From Chiloscyllium plagiosum (taxonomy: Eukaryota), in assembly GCF_004010195.1 (NCBI RefSeq), contig NC_057753.1:14603236-14647472 (forward strand): a stretch of 44,237 nucleotides of DNA, given 5' to 3'. A program made the position numbers and the translations under genes. Positions within the stretch are counted from its first letter, which is position 1. Each line of letters opens with the position of its first letter. The notes under the pieces are model-generated. The model did not search any database. It saw only the letters and a program-made list of their open reading frames with translations, and was not told the origin of the DNA. This document shows, piece after piece, positions 11,340 through 23,379 of the stretch.

Positions 11340-12050
11340 ATTGCCAAGATAGAGAGATGGACAGGATAGAGAGATAGGATAGAGATATGGACAGGATAGA
11401 GGGATGGACAGGATAGAGAGATGGGCAAGATAGAGAGATGGGCAAGAGAGATGGACAGGATAGAGATATGGACAGGATAGAGAGATGGACAGGATAGAGA
11501 GATGGGCAAGAGAGATGGACAGGATAGAGAGATGGACATGATAGAGAGATGGACAGGATAGAGAGATGGGCAGGATGGAGAGATGGACATGACAGAGAGA
11601 TGGACATGATAGAGAGATGGACAGGATAGAGAGATGGACAGAATGGAGAGATGGACATGATAGAGAGATGGACAGGATAGAGAGATGGAGAGAATAGAGA
11701 GAGATGGACAGGATGGAGAGATGGGCAGGATAGATAGAACGGATAGAAATATGGTCAGGATAGAGAGATGAGAGAATAGAGAGATGGAGAGAATAGAGAG
11801 ATGGACAGGATAGAGAGATGAGCAGGATAGATAGAAATGATACAGAATGGGCAGGATAGATAGAAAGGATAGAAATATGGACAGGATAGAGAGATGAGAG
11901 AATAGAGAGATGGACAGGATAGAGAGATGAACATGGTGGAGAGATGGACAGGATAGATAGAAAGGATAGAGATCTGGACAGGATAGAGAGATGGACAGAA
12001 TAACGAGATGAACAAGACAGAGAGACGGGCATGAGAGAGAAATGGACAGG
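11340..12050 (+). repeat. Purine-rich minisatellite, ~17-bp unit GGACAGGATAGAGAGAT
   Basis: Dozens of degenerate tandem copies visible. Confidence 0.92.
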
Positions 12051-12226
12051 TCAAATCAACTGATGAGATGATTCGACAGACAGGAAAACAGGTTGACCGG
12101 GGGAATGTTTCAGCAAGTCACCAGAACAGGATGGTCAAACGTCTGTGGTCTGCTGGGTTCCTGATTTCTCAAACTGTGCCACCGAGATAAAGAGTGAGGG
12201 TTTATGTCAGGCATTGTCGCGCTGTG

Positions 12227-12286
12227 TGAATGATGGCAGCAGGAAGCTGCTTTTTGGCAGCGGGACTGAACTGACAGTGGAAGCCA
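12227..12286 (+). CDS. TRAJ: J segment NDGSRKLLFGSGTELTVEA
   Basis: GGTTTATGT 12199-12207, CGCTGTG 12220-12226; donor GTGAGT. Confidence 0.93.
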
Positions 12287-12445
12287 GTGAGTATTGCCCT
12301 GGGAAAGAATGAGGGTCGCTGCACGCCGTGTCTGTCTCATAGCACTGGGGAGGGCACTCTCCCTGTTTCTGCCTACAATCTAGTTTTCAGAACGGTCTCC
12401 AGTCAATCCAGAGGGTGGGTTTTTGCTAAGGGACTCCACGCTGTG

Positions 12446-12508
12446 TGAGTGGTGGATTTGCAGCTGAGCTTATCTTCGGAGGGGAAACAAAGTTGACAGT
12501 GGAACCCA
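12446..12508 (+). CDS. TRAJ: Variant J (FGGE motif) SGGFAAELIFGGETKLTVEP
   Basis: GGTTTTTGC 12418-12426, CGCTGTG 12439-12445; donor GTAGGT. Confidence 0.87.
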
Positions 12509-13019
12509 GTAGGTACTCATTATTAATGTGTGTGTGAGAGAGAGAGAGACAGAGGAACTTATCTGCTTATATATTTGTGTGTGTGTGTGCCTGCTTTGTA
12601 TACTGTACAACATATCAACAATACCCCTTCCTGGTTAAAGCAATCTTGAACATTGGAAAATGTTTGTCACTTTGGTTTGTATAATGTGGATCTTCTGTGA
12701 TCACCTACAATACAGGAGGCGAGTGAGGAGAAGGCCAGGGGTTGGAGAGAAAGGTTTAGACGAGCAGTTTGAACGGACTAGATAGAGAGAACAGGAGGGT
12801 CCTGTCGGGCAGCATTAACTCTGCAACAGTCAGGTACACTGAAAAAATTATCCCATTCGAAGAAACATTATCCTGTTGAGTAAATGTCATTTCCTGACGA
12901 TGTTCTCTAAAGCTATCCATTGATTTCCCGATGTGTTAATCTCCCTCTGGATGCTGGTTTATGAAACACAGAAAGGACTAAGGTATCATTCCTGTCTGTA
13001 AGCAATCAAAGGGAAATAC

Positions 13020-13057
<38 letters not shown>

Positions 13058-13161
13058 AAAGCTATTAATCTTAAGTGGTGCTTTACTCTACAGCACCCGA
13101 ACAATCCACAAAATAAACTCTAATTCATGTGGTGACCTTCAGGTTAATCTCAACCACCAGT

Positions 13162-13597
13162 TTTCTATCTCTCTCCATTTCTCTCTTGTGCTCCATCTCT
13201 CTCTCTTTCTGTCTGTCTCTCTCTCTCTCCATTTCTCTGTCTCTCCGTATTTTTCTTTCTCTATCTCTCCATTTTCCTCTCTCTGTCTCCATTTCTCTCT
13301 TCCTTTGTTACTCTCGATTTCCCTTTCCCTACATTTCTTTCTTTCTCTCTCTCACTCTCTCTTTCTTTCTCTCTCTGTCTCTCACTCTCTCTTTCTCTCT
13401 CTCTCGCTCTCCCTCCCTCTCGCTCTCCATTTCTCTCTGTCTGTCCTTCGCTCTTAATTTCTCTCTCTCACTCTCTGTCTCTGTTTCCTTATTTCTGTCT
13501 CTTTCTCTCTCTGTCTCTCTCTCTTTCCCTCTTCATTTTTTCTCCATCTTTGACTCTCTCTCTCTCTCTGTCTCTCTATCTCTCTCTCTCTTTCTTT
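13162..13597. repeat. (CT)-rich polypyrimidine low-complexity tract
   Basis: Degenerate (CT)n/(CTTT)n over ~430 bp. Confidence 0.92.
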
Positions 13598-13887
13598 AAT
13601 GTCCTTTAGGACTGCCTGATCCCTTTACCTTTCATTTCTGTTCAAAAAGACAGTGAGGCGTGGATGTTGGGAGAGATGTTGATTACAGTCAGTGAGATTT
13701 AACACAAAATGGTCACCCATATCACATGATGCCACTTGAGAGCTGAATGAGAGGATTATGAACGTTGCCATAGATAAAGGATGTAAAATGGGAAGCCTGA
13801 CCATTCAAAAAGCACCAGCCAGACAGTCAGGCAGACAATAGGCAGAAAATAACAGGGAGGGTTTTTGTCAGGAGGCATTGGGCTGTG

Positions 13888-13947
13888 TGAGTGACAGTAC
13901 TCAAAAGCAGGCATTCGGAGCTGGCACCCAACTTATTGTGGACCCAA
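13888..13947 (+). CDS. TRAJ: J segment SDSTQKQAFGAGTQLIVDP
   Basis: GGTTTTTGT 13860-13868, GGCTGTG 13881-13887; donor GTAAGT. Confidence 0.93.
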
Positions 13948-14141
13948 GTAAGTACAGGGTCCTCAAAGGATAATGCAGCGTGGGTTTGACTTTGAACTTG
14001 TGGTTAAGTTAACGGGGAGTTGCTAATAAACCATTGGGGGATTTCCAGTCAGCGAACAGAAGGACAGTTTCAATCAGGCAATATAGCAGAGAGACACTGA
14101 GGACTTGCACTGCCTTCTTGTGGTTGGGAGCTATCACTGGG

Positions 14142-14199
14142 AAGGGGCGTCTCGAGCACTTGGTGTTGGGAGTTGGCACTGAGTCTTTTGCTCACCCTG
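14142..14199 (+). pseudogene. Possible J relic KGRLEHLVLGVGTESFAHP
   Basis: CACTGGG 14135-14141 with TTCTTGT upstream; LGVGT motif; ends CCTG|GGAAG with donor lost. Confidence 0.45.
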
Positions 14200-14259
14200 G
14201 GAAGGGCTGCCCAGTAAGCACCAGTCACTGAGATGGGAGTTAGATTTCTGCTCAAACCA

Positions 14260-14534
14260 GGGGCACCGAGTAGCCATTGGAGAGTGATGAGGGGTGATAG
14301 ATTTAAGACAGACGTCAGAGGCAGGTTCTTTACTCAGAGAGTGGCAAGGGTGTGGAATACCCTGCCTGACAATGTGGTTAACCCAGCCACATTAGGGAGA
14401 TTTAAACAATCAAGGGATAAGCACATGGCTGATGATGGGATAGTGTAAGGCGATGGACTTAGATTAGCTCACAAGTCAGTGCAACATCGAGGGCCGAAGG
14501 GCCTATTCTGCACTGTATTGTTCTATGTTCTATG
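14260..14534 (+). mobile_element. CR1-like LINE 3' end
   Basis: RGDRFKTDVRGRFFTQRVARVWNTLP..FKQSRDKHM, then GGGCCGAAGGGCCT and (TGTTCTA)n tail. Confidence 0.88.
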
Positions 14535-15014
14535 ATTGAGATAAGACCATGATTAAACATTCGTCCCTTGAATGTGTGATGACTACCAATTGATTTCAAT
14601 AAGATGGAGTAGTGCAAAGATTAGCGTTTGTTTTTACTTTTCCAAGGAAACTTGAAAGTTTCATCAGAATAACCATTCAGTTGAGGCGCTCTGTGTGTGT
14701 GTGTGTGCATGTGTATGCACGCATGTGAGTTTGTATGTCTGTCTGTCTGTGTGTGTGTATGTGTGTGTCTGTTTGTGTGCGTCTGCGTGTGTGTGTGTAT
14801 GTCTCACTCTCTCTCTCTCTGTCTGTGTGTGTGTGTGTTTCCCCAGAGTTTATAACCCCCTCTCCCTGATTTATCCCTGTGTGTGTGTCTGTGTTTGTGT
14901 CTGTGTGTGTCTACGTGTGTGAGTGTGTGTTGTCTGTGTGTCTGTGTGTGTGCATGTGTGGGTGTGTGGGTGCTTGTGTGTGTCAGAGTTTCTGCATTGG
15001 CGTGTATCACTGTG

Positions 15015-15071
15015 CGAATAGCATGGGCAAACTAACATTTGGATCTGGAACCAAGCTGACAGTGGAGCCCA
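15015..15071 (+). CDS. TRAJ: J segment [18 protein letters not shown]
   Basis: AGTTTCTGC 14987-14995, CACTGTG 15008-15014; donor GTGAGT. Confidence 0.94.
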
Positions 15072-15799
15072 GTGAGTGACATTCTGTTGTTCATTCCCGA
15101 GTCAAAGTTGTTCTTTGTGAGATACTGTCATCAGATCCCCATGGCTACATTTCAATCCGCAACAGCTGTCAGGCCGGGCTCGGGGGTCTTGTCTTCAGCA
15201 AAGTGATAGTGAATACCATAGGCTTTTCATATGGACAAGGGAATGGGATAGCATTGAGAAGAGCATACAGGTTCCACTACATTAGAGAGGTCAGATCGAG
15301 GGGTCTCCAATAAAAGGTGATTCGTTCAACTTGCTGCGATAATTTCAACAGGACCTTGTTCCTTTCAGAATTGGGAAGGATGAGAAATTCGACACTAGCA
15401 GTAAATATGCATTAGTTGTGCCGAAAAACACTATTGCTGCTTACACCTGGTGAGGTTTCTAATCAGTTTCCAGCAGTTACTAATGACCTAATCCCAATCA
15501 TAGTGTGCTGTCACATCCCTAGAATGTAACAATCAATCCGTCAGGTCCAGAAGGGATTAGTGAGGAGAGGTAGCATTGAACAAACATGGTTTCCATTAGT
15601 CCAAAAAGGGCAGGACACGGGGAACATGGCTGCTTCAGGAATTGTAGTTTGGTTGACTTGCCCTTAGCTAAAGATGGTCGCTTGAAATTATTTCTTGCTT
15701 CTCATTGGACTGGACACTCTCTGCAGCTGTCAATAAATATCCTTGTCAGAGTGAGCAAGAAATCGCTTTTGACAATCTGAAGAAAAGTGTTCGAGGAGT

Positions 15800-16185
15800 T
15801 AGGTGGGGGAAATCTGATAGAAATCTATCAAATCCTGACAGGATTGACGCGGGAAAGATGTTGCTGATGACCGAGGGAGTGAGGGAATGGAGGGGAGTCC
15901 AGAATCGGGGGTCACAATCTGAAGGAGACGGGGTAGGACGGAGCTGAGGAGAAATGTCTTCACTCAGAGAGTGCAGAGCCCTGTGGGAATCTATCCCGTA
16001 GGAAATTGCTTGAGATCAAAGCCTTGTAAGCTGTGAAGGGTGAACTGTGATGTACTTCTTAGGGATAGAGGAAGCCAAGGGTAGTGGGGAGAAAGCAGGA
16101 AGAGGAGACTGAACTGGATGAGCATCCAAGATGCGACTGAATGGGAAAGCAGGCTTTGAAGGGCTGAAGCCCTGGACCTATATTC
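15800..16185 (+). mobile_element. Degraded CR1-like LINE 3' fragment
   Basis: GGGGAGTCCAGAATCGGGGGTCACA, GAGGAGAAATGTCTTCACTCAGAGAGTG and GAAGGGCTGAA resemble the CR1 ORF2 end and 3' UTR. Confidence 0.7.
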
Positions 16186-16232
16186 TTTGCCACCACATGG
16201 TTTGGGTTTTTGCTACGGGCTGTACTGCTGTG

Positions 16233-16295
16233 TGAATTATGGAGCTGGTAATCCACTTGTCTTTGGAGAGGGGACAAAGTTAACCGTGGTGCCAA
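16233..16295 (+). CDS. TRAJ: J segment [20 protein letters not shown]
   Basis: GGTTTTTGC 16205-16213, TGCTGTG 16226-16232; donor GTAGGT. Confidence 0.93.
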
Positions 16296-16911
16296 GTAGG
16301 TATTCAGAAATGCCCCCTACACTGCTGACATATGTTATGTGAGTGTGCTTGTGAACTTTTCTCTATACAAAGCATCCACAGTGACCTCCACAGGTCAAAT
16401 CCATCGTGAATATCAAGTGGTTTCTGCGTTCTTGCTTTGTTGAGTATGGACCCTATAGCTTCAGAGGCCATTGGCCTGTCAGGATTGAAGAGATCTGAGT
16501 ACCTGGGTGAAGGGGAAAGATTCAGGAGAAACCCAGGACAGAATTAGATAGCGAGGCCAAAAAGCAGGAACACTGTCAAGTCAGACGAAGGAACCACAGA
16601 GTACATTATTTCAAAATAAATTGTTGCGATGTTTTCTATAATTCCTGAGCGCCAAATCAATACGTGCGATTTCTGTAAATGTGAGCTGACACCTTGAAAT
16701 CTTCATGTGTCCCAACTCCGCACTTGTCCAGGTCAGACTCAAGTCATTGAGATATGATTCATGCATGTGGTTAGGTGAATAGACAGGACCAAAGAAGGAG
16801 ACAATATATCTGTGTTAAATGGATACAGCCTACCTTAGAGGGCAATAGGAAATCACAAAAAGAAATTAACAGTCTGTAGGAGTTTAGGTTAGAGATGCTT
16901 AAGAAATTGTG

Positions 16912-16971
16912 CGGATATTTTGAGAGAGAAGCTAATTTATGGGCGTCAGTTGTGATAGAGAGTGGAATGCA
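16912..16971 (+). pseudogene. Co-amplified J relic, copy 1 (DILREKLIYG...)
   Basis: 60-nt J-shaped exon ending A|GTGAGT; contains stops; decayed RSS. Confidence 0.6.
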
Positions 16972-17145
16972 GTGAGTGTTGTGTTCTGGATGGACAACTT
17001 TAGGAAAATGATACTAAACGATGAAAGCTATGTCATGAGTAATGCACGTAACATGGGTGCCATCTGCTTGAAATTGCATTGTTTAACCAGGCAAAGGGCA
17101 GTCACTAACTGGGAGAGAGTTTTTGTCAGGAGGTGTAGGGCTGTG

Positions 17146-17202
17146 TGAATATTAACAACAAGCTTATCTTTGGAGGTGGGACCAGACTGATAGTGGAGCC
17201 AA
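17146..17202 (+). CDS. TRAJ: J segment NINNKLIFGGGTRLIVEP
   Basis: AGTTTTTGT 17118-17126, GGCTGTG 17139-17145; donor GTAAGT. Confidence 0.94.
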
Positions 17203-17581
17203 GTAAGTGTTGGGGATTGTCACAGAATAATGTCCACTGACTGGTGTTGGATAGCGATCACGAGTAGGTCAGCAGAGATAATAATTCCCCAGACCACAGA
17301 TACAGTACAGCAAGGGATACTGTACTCGGGGGAACATCTGTGGGGCTGACACACCAGTCACCCTGCTCTGAGTTGGAATCAGGAGGACTTTTACAAAATA
17401 AAGCAGGTACAACCTAAGTCACATTCGCGCTGGTTTAGAAAGTACTTAGACAGGGTTAGTGTCTATATCATAACATTGAAGAATGGCATAGCGTGTGCCC
17501 CAAGTGTACCCATCAGTGAATAAAGATGGTAATGATCACTCCACTGGGGTGGGTTTTTCTGCTGTGGGGCACAGTGCTATG

Positions 17582-17638
17582 TGAACGCTTGACTTGTTAG
17601 TAAGCTTACATTTGGAGAGGGGACAACTGTAGACCCAA
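17582..17638 (+). pseudogene. TRAJ: Pseudo-J NA*LVSKLTFGEGTTVDP
   Basis: Heptamer TGCTATG, in-frame TGA, 6-nt deletion after FGEGT. Confidence 0.88.
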
Positions 17639-18288
17639 GTATGTATTCAGAAACAACACTACTGCACTGCTTATGTCTGTAATGTGAGTTTGTTAGTGTG
17701 CTTTTTTTTTTGGACAACTATCCACTGAGATCTCCACATGTGAAATTCATCTTGAATGGCAGACAGTTTCTGTCCCGTTGTTTTATAGAGTATAGACCCT
17801 ACAATGTCTGAGGCGATTAGCTTGTGTGGATTGCAGTGGGAACCTTCCTGTGCACCTGGATTGGGGGAAACATTCAGGAAAAACCCAGGATGGAATTAAA
17901 TGGAGAAGCTGAGAGGCTGCTCAAAGCAGGAACACTGTCCGGTTGTCCAGAGGAACGTGCTTCCAATCGAATAGATTACTTCATTAGAAATTATCGAGAG
18001 GTTGTCAGTAATTCCTGAGCGCCAAATTGATGCATGTGATTTCTGTAAATATGAACTGATGCCTTGAAATTTCTGTGTGTTCCAGGTCTGCACATGTCCA
18101 GGTCACAGTCAAACCAATGAGATATGATTCATTAATGTGGTTAGGTGGATGGAGGGGGCCAGAGAAGGAGAGAGGGAGGGCAGTATATCTGTGTTAAATG
18201 GACATAACCAGTCATATATTGCAACAATCCATCTAACAGAAAAAAAAATGATCCTGGAATGTTCATTTCGACTGATTAAGAATGTGTG

Positions 18289-18348
18289 CGAATATTGTGA
18301 GAGGGAAGGTAATTTTTGGGAGATGGTCACAATTGACGTTGGAATCAT
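18289..18348 (+). pseudogene. Co-amplified J relic, copy 2 (NIVRGKVIFGRWSQLTLES)
   Basis: FG motif at J position; donor TTGAGT; decayed RSS. Confidence 0.65.
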
Positions 18349-18522
18349 TTGAGTGTTGGGTTCCGAATGGACAACTTTAGGAAAATGATTGCAAACGATG
18401 AAACTAATATCATGAGGAATATCTGTAAAATGGGTGTTATCTGGTTGAAATTGCATCGACAGGATAAACAAAAAACAGATGCTAACAGGGAGAGGGTTTT
18501 TGTCAGGAAGTGTAAGGCTGTG

Positions 18523-18582
18523 TGAATGATGGCACCAAAAAGCTTATCTTTGGAGCTGGGACCAGACTGATAGTGGAGCCAA
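18523..18582 (+). CDS. TRAJ: J segment NDGTKKLIFGAGTRLIVEP
   Basis: GGTTTTTGT 18495-18503, GGCTGTG 18516-18522; donor GTAAGT. Confidence 0.94.
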
Positions 18583-18852
18583 GTAAGTGCTGGGGATTTT
18601 CGCAGAACAATATCCAAAAGCTTGTGTTGGATAGCAATGATGAGTAGGGTAGCAGAGAAAATAAGTCCCCAGACCACAGATGTGGTGCAGCGAGGGATAC
18701 CGTACTTGGGGTAACATCCCCAGATTATCTGTGGGGCTGACCCACCAGGCACTCTGCTCTGAGTGGAGATCAAGAGAATGTTTTTATTTTATAAAAATCA
18801 TACCATCCCTAATTCACTGGGGTGGGTTTTTGCTGAGGGATACAGAGCTGTG

Positions 18853-18918
18853 TGAATGTTGAAGGGGCTGGATATGTATTTACATTTGGAGAGGGGACTA
18901 AGTTAACCGTGGAACCAA
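18853..18918 (+). CDS. TRAJ: J segment [21 protein letters not shown]
   Basis: GGTTTTTGC 18825-18833, AGCTGTG 18846-18852; donor GTAGGT. Confidence 0.92.
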
Positions 18919-19518
18919 GTAGGTATTCAGTAACAACTCTACACTGCTTACATCCATTACTTGAGTGAGTGTATCTGTCTGGTTTTCTGTACAAAGCACC
19001 CACTGAGATCTCCACATGTGAAATTCATTTGAATTTTGGTCTGTTTCTGCCTCTTTGCTTTATACACTATAGACCCTACAATGTCTGAGACAATTTGTGG
19101 ATTGGAGTGGAAGCTTTCTGAGTTCCAGGATGAGGGGGAAAGGTTCAGGATAAACCCAGGATAGAACTAGATGGCGAAACCGAGACTCTCCCCAAAGCAG
19201 GAACTTTTAGACAGAGACATTTGCTTCCACGGAGTGCATTATTCCAGGAGAAATTATCGTGAATTCCGGACCACCCAACTGATGCATGTGATTTCCGTAA
19301 ATATCAACTAATGCCTTGAAATCTCTGTGCGTCCCAGGTCTGCAGTTATCTACATCGTGCTGAGATATCATTGATTAGTGTGGTTTAGATAGAGAGGGCC
19401 AGAGAGGAAGAGAGTCAACAGAGTCTCTATAAATTGAATAGATAGACTCGACCTCAGAAAATAGTTGTAAATGTCAAAGAATAATAACTGGTCCTGGGGG
19501 TTTGGGTTAGGATATGTG

Positions 19519-19578
19519 TGAGTATTGTCAGAGGGAAGTTATGTTGTGGAATTTGATCAGGACTGTAGGTGGAATCCA
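19519..19578 (+). pseudogene. Co-amplified J relic, copy 3
   Basis: Homologous to 18289; stops; donor lost. Confidence 0.55.
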
Positions 19579-19743
19579 ATGAGTTCTGATTAGAACATTT
19601 AGCAAACTGATTCCAAATGATGCCAGTACTGTCATGAGTAAAAAAACGGATATTGGTACATCTCATGGAAACAGCATTGGTGGTGCAGACAAGGAACACT
19701 CACGAATGTGGAGAGGGTTTTTGTTAGGAAGTGTAGGGCTGTG

Positions 19744-19803
19744 TGAATACTGGAAACAACAAGCTTATCTTTGGAGGTGGGACCAGACTGATGGTGGAGC
19801 CGA
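19744..19803 (+). CDS. TRAJ: J segment NTGNNKLIFGGGTRLMVEP
   Basis: GGTTTTTGT 19716-19724, GGCTGTG 19737-19743; donor GTAAGT. Confidence 0.94.
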
Positions 19804-20184
19804 GTAAGTGTTGGGGATTATCACAGCATAATGTCCATGGGCTTGTGTTGGATAGTGACCACGAGTAGGTCAGCAGAAATAATAATTCCCCAGATCACAG
19901 CTACAGCAACGGATACCGTACGCAGGGTAACGTCCTCAGGTTATCGGTGGGGCTGAAACACCAGGAGCTCTGCTCTGTGTTGGGATCATGAGAACTGTAC
20001 TTACAAAGAAAGATAGTTCTTAATTCACATCAGCGCTGGATTAGAAATTACTTCCACAGGGTTAGTGTCTGTGGGACAGCATTGCAGAATGGCACAGAGT
20101 GTGTCCAAGTGTACCCACCAGGGAATAGAGATGGTAATGATCACTCCACGGGGGTGGGTTTTTGCTGAGGGGCGCAGTGCTGTG

Positions 20185-20247
20185 TGTATTTTGGAGGTGC
20201 TAGCAAGCTTATCTTTGGAGAGGGGACAAAGTTAACCGTGGCACCAA
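20185..20247 (+). CDS. TRAJ: J segment [20 protein letters not shown]
   Basis: GGTTTTTGC 20157-20165, TGCTGTG 20178-20184; donor GTAGGT. Confidence 0.93.
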
Positions 20248-20886
20248 GTAGGTATTCAGTAACAACTTGATACTGCTTATGTCTGCTATGTGAGACTGCG
20301 CATGTGTGTATTTTTTTGTCCGTACAAACTATCCATTAAGATTTCCACATGGGAAATACAGCCTTGAATGTCAGGCTGCCTTTTGCTTTCTGTCTTTTTG
20401 CTTTATACAGTATAGATCCTACAATGTCTGAGGCGATTAGCCTGTGTGGATTGAAAAGGGAAGCCTCCTGATTACCTGAATCAGGGGGAAAGGTTCAGGA
20501 GAAACCCAGGTTAGAACTAGAGATCGTAACACTGTCCAGTTGGACAGAGAAAGCTGCTTGCACAGTGTACATTAGTTCAAAAGAAATTATCGAGAGGTTC
20601 TCATTCGTTCCTGAGCAGCAAGTCGATGTGTGTGACTTCAGTAAATATGAACTGATGCCTGGAAATCTCCCTGTGTCCCAGGTCCGCACTTGGCCATGTC
20701 ACACTCAAACCACTGAGATATGTTTCATCCATGCGGTTAGGTGCATAGAGGGGGCCAGAGAGGGAGAGGGGGAGGAGACTGAGTCTCTGTGTTAAATGGA
20801 AAGACTCTACCTTAGATTGCAATAGCGATTCCCACATTTTAATAACTGCCTCTGGGAGTTTGGGACAGACTGTTCAAGAAAGCGTG

Positions 20887-20946
20887 TGAACATTGTGAGA
20901 GGGAAGCTGACTTTTGGAAGTTGGTCGTGACTGAGAATGGAAACCA
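20887..20946 (+). pseudogene. Co-amplified J relic, copy 4 (NIVRGKLTFGSWS*LRMET)
   Basis: KLTFGS motif, stop, donor CTGAGT. Confidence 0.7.
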
Positions 20947-21100
20947 CTGAGTGTTATTTTGTCAATGCACAACTGGTTCTAACTCATGAAGGCACTTTCA
21001 TGACTAACCTGCTTAACATGGGTGCAGTCTGCTTGCACCAGCGTTAGTGACCCTGACAAAGAGCAGTCACTGACTCAGAGAGAGTTTTTGTCAGAATGTG

Positions 21101-21157
21101 TGAGTAATGGCCTCAGCTTTATCTTTGGAGGTGGGACCAGACTGATTGTGGAGCCAA
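21101..21157 (+). pseudogene. TRAJ: J with collapsed RSS, SNGLSFIFGGGTRLIVEP
   Basis: Nonamer 21083-21091 lies only 9 nt from the exon (10-bp deletion); donor GTCAGT. Confidence 0.87.
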
Positions 21158-21544
21158 GTCAGTGTTGGGGATTTTCACAGAATAATGTCCACAGGCTGGT
21201 GTTGGATAGCGACCATGAGTAGGTCAGCAGAGATAATAATTCCCCAGACCGCAGATATGGTACTGCAAGGGGTACTACTCGGGGTAACATCCCCAGATTA
21301 TCGGTGAGGCTGACGTACCAGGCACTCTGCTCTGAGGTTTGAATCAGAATGTTTTTATTTATAAAAAGCAGATAGGCCCTAACTCACATCAGCGCTGGTT
21401 TAGAAATTACTTCCAAAGGGTCAGTGTCTGTTGGTCAGCACTTCAGAATGACAGAGTATGTGCCCCAAGTGTACCTACCAGTGAATAAATATGGGAATGA
21501 CCACTCTACTGGGATGGGTTTTTGCTGAGGGGCGTGGTGCTGTG

Positions 21545-21610
21545 TGAATGCTGGAGTTGTTGGATATAAACTTATCTTTGGAGAAGGGACAAAGTTAACT
21601 GTAGAGCCAA
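21545..21610 (+). CDS. TRAJ: J segment [21 protein letters not shown]
   Basis: GGTTTTTGC 21517-21525, TGCTGTG 21538-21544; donor GTAGGT. Confidence 0.93.
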
Positions 21611-21749
21611 GTAGGTATTCAATAACATCTCCATGCTGCTGACGTGTGCGTGTTTGTGTCTGTGTGTGTGTGTGTGTGTGTGTCTGTGTGTGTCTGTGTG
21701 TGTGTCTCTGTGTGTGTCTGTGTGTGCGTTTGTGTGTGTTTGTCTGTGT

Positions 21750-22141
21750 NNNNNNNNNNNNNNNNNNNNNNNNNNNNNNNNNNNNNNNNNNNNNNNNNNN
21801 NNNNNNNNNNNNNNNNNNNNNNNNNNNNNNNNNNNNNNNNNNNNNNNNNNNNNNNNNNNNNNNNNNNNNNNNNNNNNNNNNNNNNNNNNNNNNNNNNNNN
21901 NNNNNNNNNNNNNNNNNNNNNNNNNNNNNNNNNNNNNNNNNNNNNNNNNNNNNNNNNNNNNNNNNNNNNNNNNNNNNNNNNNNNNNNNNNNNNNNNNNNN
22001 NNNNNNNNNNNNNNNNNNNNNNNNNNNNNNNNNNNNNNNNNNNNNNNNNNNNNNNNNNNNNNNNNNNNNNNNNNNNNNNNNNNNNNNNNNNNNNNNNNNN
22101 NNNNNNNNNNNNNNNNNNNNNNNNNNNNNNNNNNNNNNNNN
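21750..22141. other. Assembly gap in a (TG)n tract; other gaps at 4023-4078, 25892-25909 and 36634-36721
   Basis: Runs of N. Confidence 0.99.
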
Positions 22142-23002
22142 CCGCAGTGAGGGACAGCGATGACAGTGTGTGTGTGTGTGTGTGTGTGAGAGTGTGTGTG
22201 TGTGTATGTTAGTGTGTGTGTGTGTGTGTGTGTGTGATTGTGTGTGTGTGTGACTGTCTGTTTTTTTCTGTACAAAGCTTCTGCTGAGATCTCCACATGT
22301 GAAATTCATCTTGAATATCGGACAGTTTTTGTCCCGTTGCTTTATTGAGTGTAGACCCTATAATGTCTCAGGCGATTAGCATGTGTGGATTGAAGTGGGT
22401 GCACCCGGATGAGGGGGTATGTTTCGGGAGAAACCCAGGATAGACTTAGATAGCGAGGCCAAGAGGCTGCTCAAAGCAAGAACACTGTCCAGTTGGACAC
22501 AGAAATCTGCGTCCACCGGGTACATTCTACAGGATAGAGGATGGATGGGTTTCTCATTAATTCCGAAGCATCGAATCGATACGTGCGAGTTCAGTAAATG
22601 AGTTCGACAATGTCCCTGATTGACTAAAGGAATCTTGAACTTCACAAATATTTTGCCAGCTTGTTATGTCCAGTGCAGATCCTCCATGACCACCCCCAAT
22701 ACAGGAGGCAAGTCGTCATTGAGCAGCAGGCCATAGATCAGACTGAAAGGTTTCTGTGAGCAGACTGGTAGGAGCAGACGGAGAGAGCAGAGGGGTTCCA
22801 CTGGGCACCATTAACCTTGTAACTGAGAAAATTATTGCAATTAGACAAACATTACCCTGTTCAGTAGATATCCTTTCCTGAAGTTGCTCTCTGTTGCTAC
22901 CCAATGATTAATGTGTTAAACCCACTCTGTACCCACTAGAGAATAAAGATGGTAATGATCACTCCACTGGGGTGGGTTTTTGCTGAGGGGCGCAGTGCTG
23001 TG

Positions 23003-23065
23003 TGAATACTGGAGTTGCTGGTCAGCTTATCTTTGGAGAGGGGACAAAGTTAACGGTGGAACCGA
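23003..23065 (+). CDS. TRAJ: J segment [20 protein letters not shown]
   Basis: Nonamer 22975-22983, TGCTGTG 22996-23002; donor GTAAGT. Confidence 0.93.
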
Positions 23066-23316
23066 GTAAGTAATCCTGGAGAATTTAAATGGCCAGTCTA
23101 TTTTCAGGCTGGGTATTCGCTTTCGGTCTTAATCCCTGAAAAAATACCTCAACAGGATGACATATCCTTGAAGTTTGAAACGCCTTTGTTTTATGGATTA
23201 TTCCTTTGTGGTTGAGGCGTGGGGTCAGTACGGGTCTGGCATATGTTTCTCGAGTCAACAGAATACAATGGCAGCCAGTCTAAGACTGGGTTTTTGTTGT
23301 GGGGCGCAGTGCTGTG

Positions 23317-23379
23317 TGTATGGGGGAGGTGCTGACAAGCTTATCCTCGGAGAGGGGACAAAGTTAACCGTGGAACCAA
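23317..23379 (+). CDS. TRAJ: Variant J (LGEG motif) [20 protein letters not shown]
   Basis: Nonamer 23289-23297, TGCTGTG 23310-23316; donor GTAGGT. Confidence 0.88.

Noticed and set aside
11195..12054. Repetitive SCPSLYPVHLSIL ORFs; CRISPR-like periodicity
   Set aside because: Minisatellite without unique spacers; vertebrate DNA; no cas genes.
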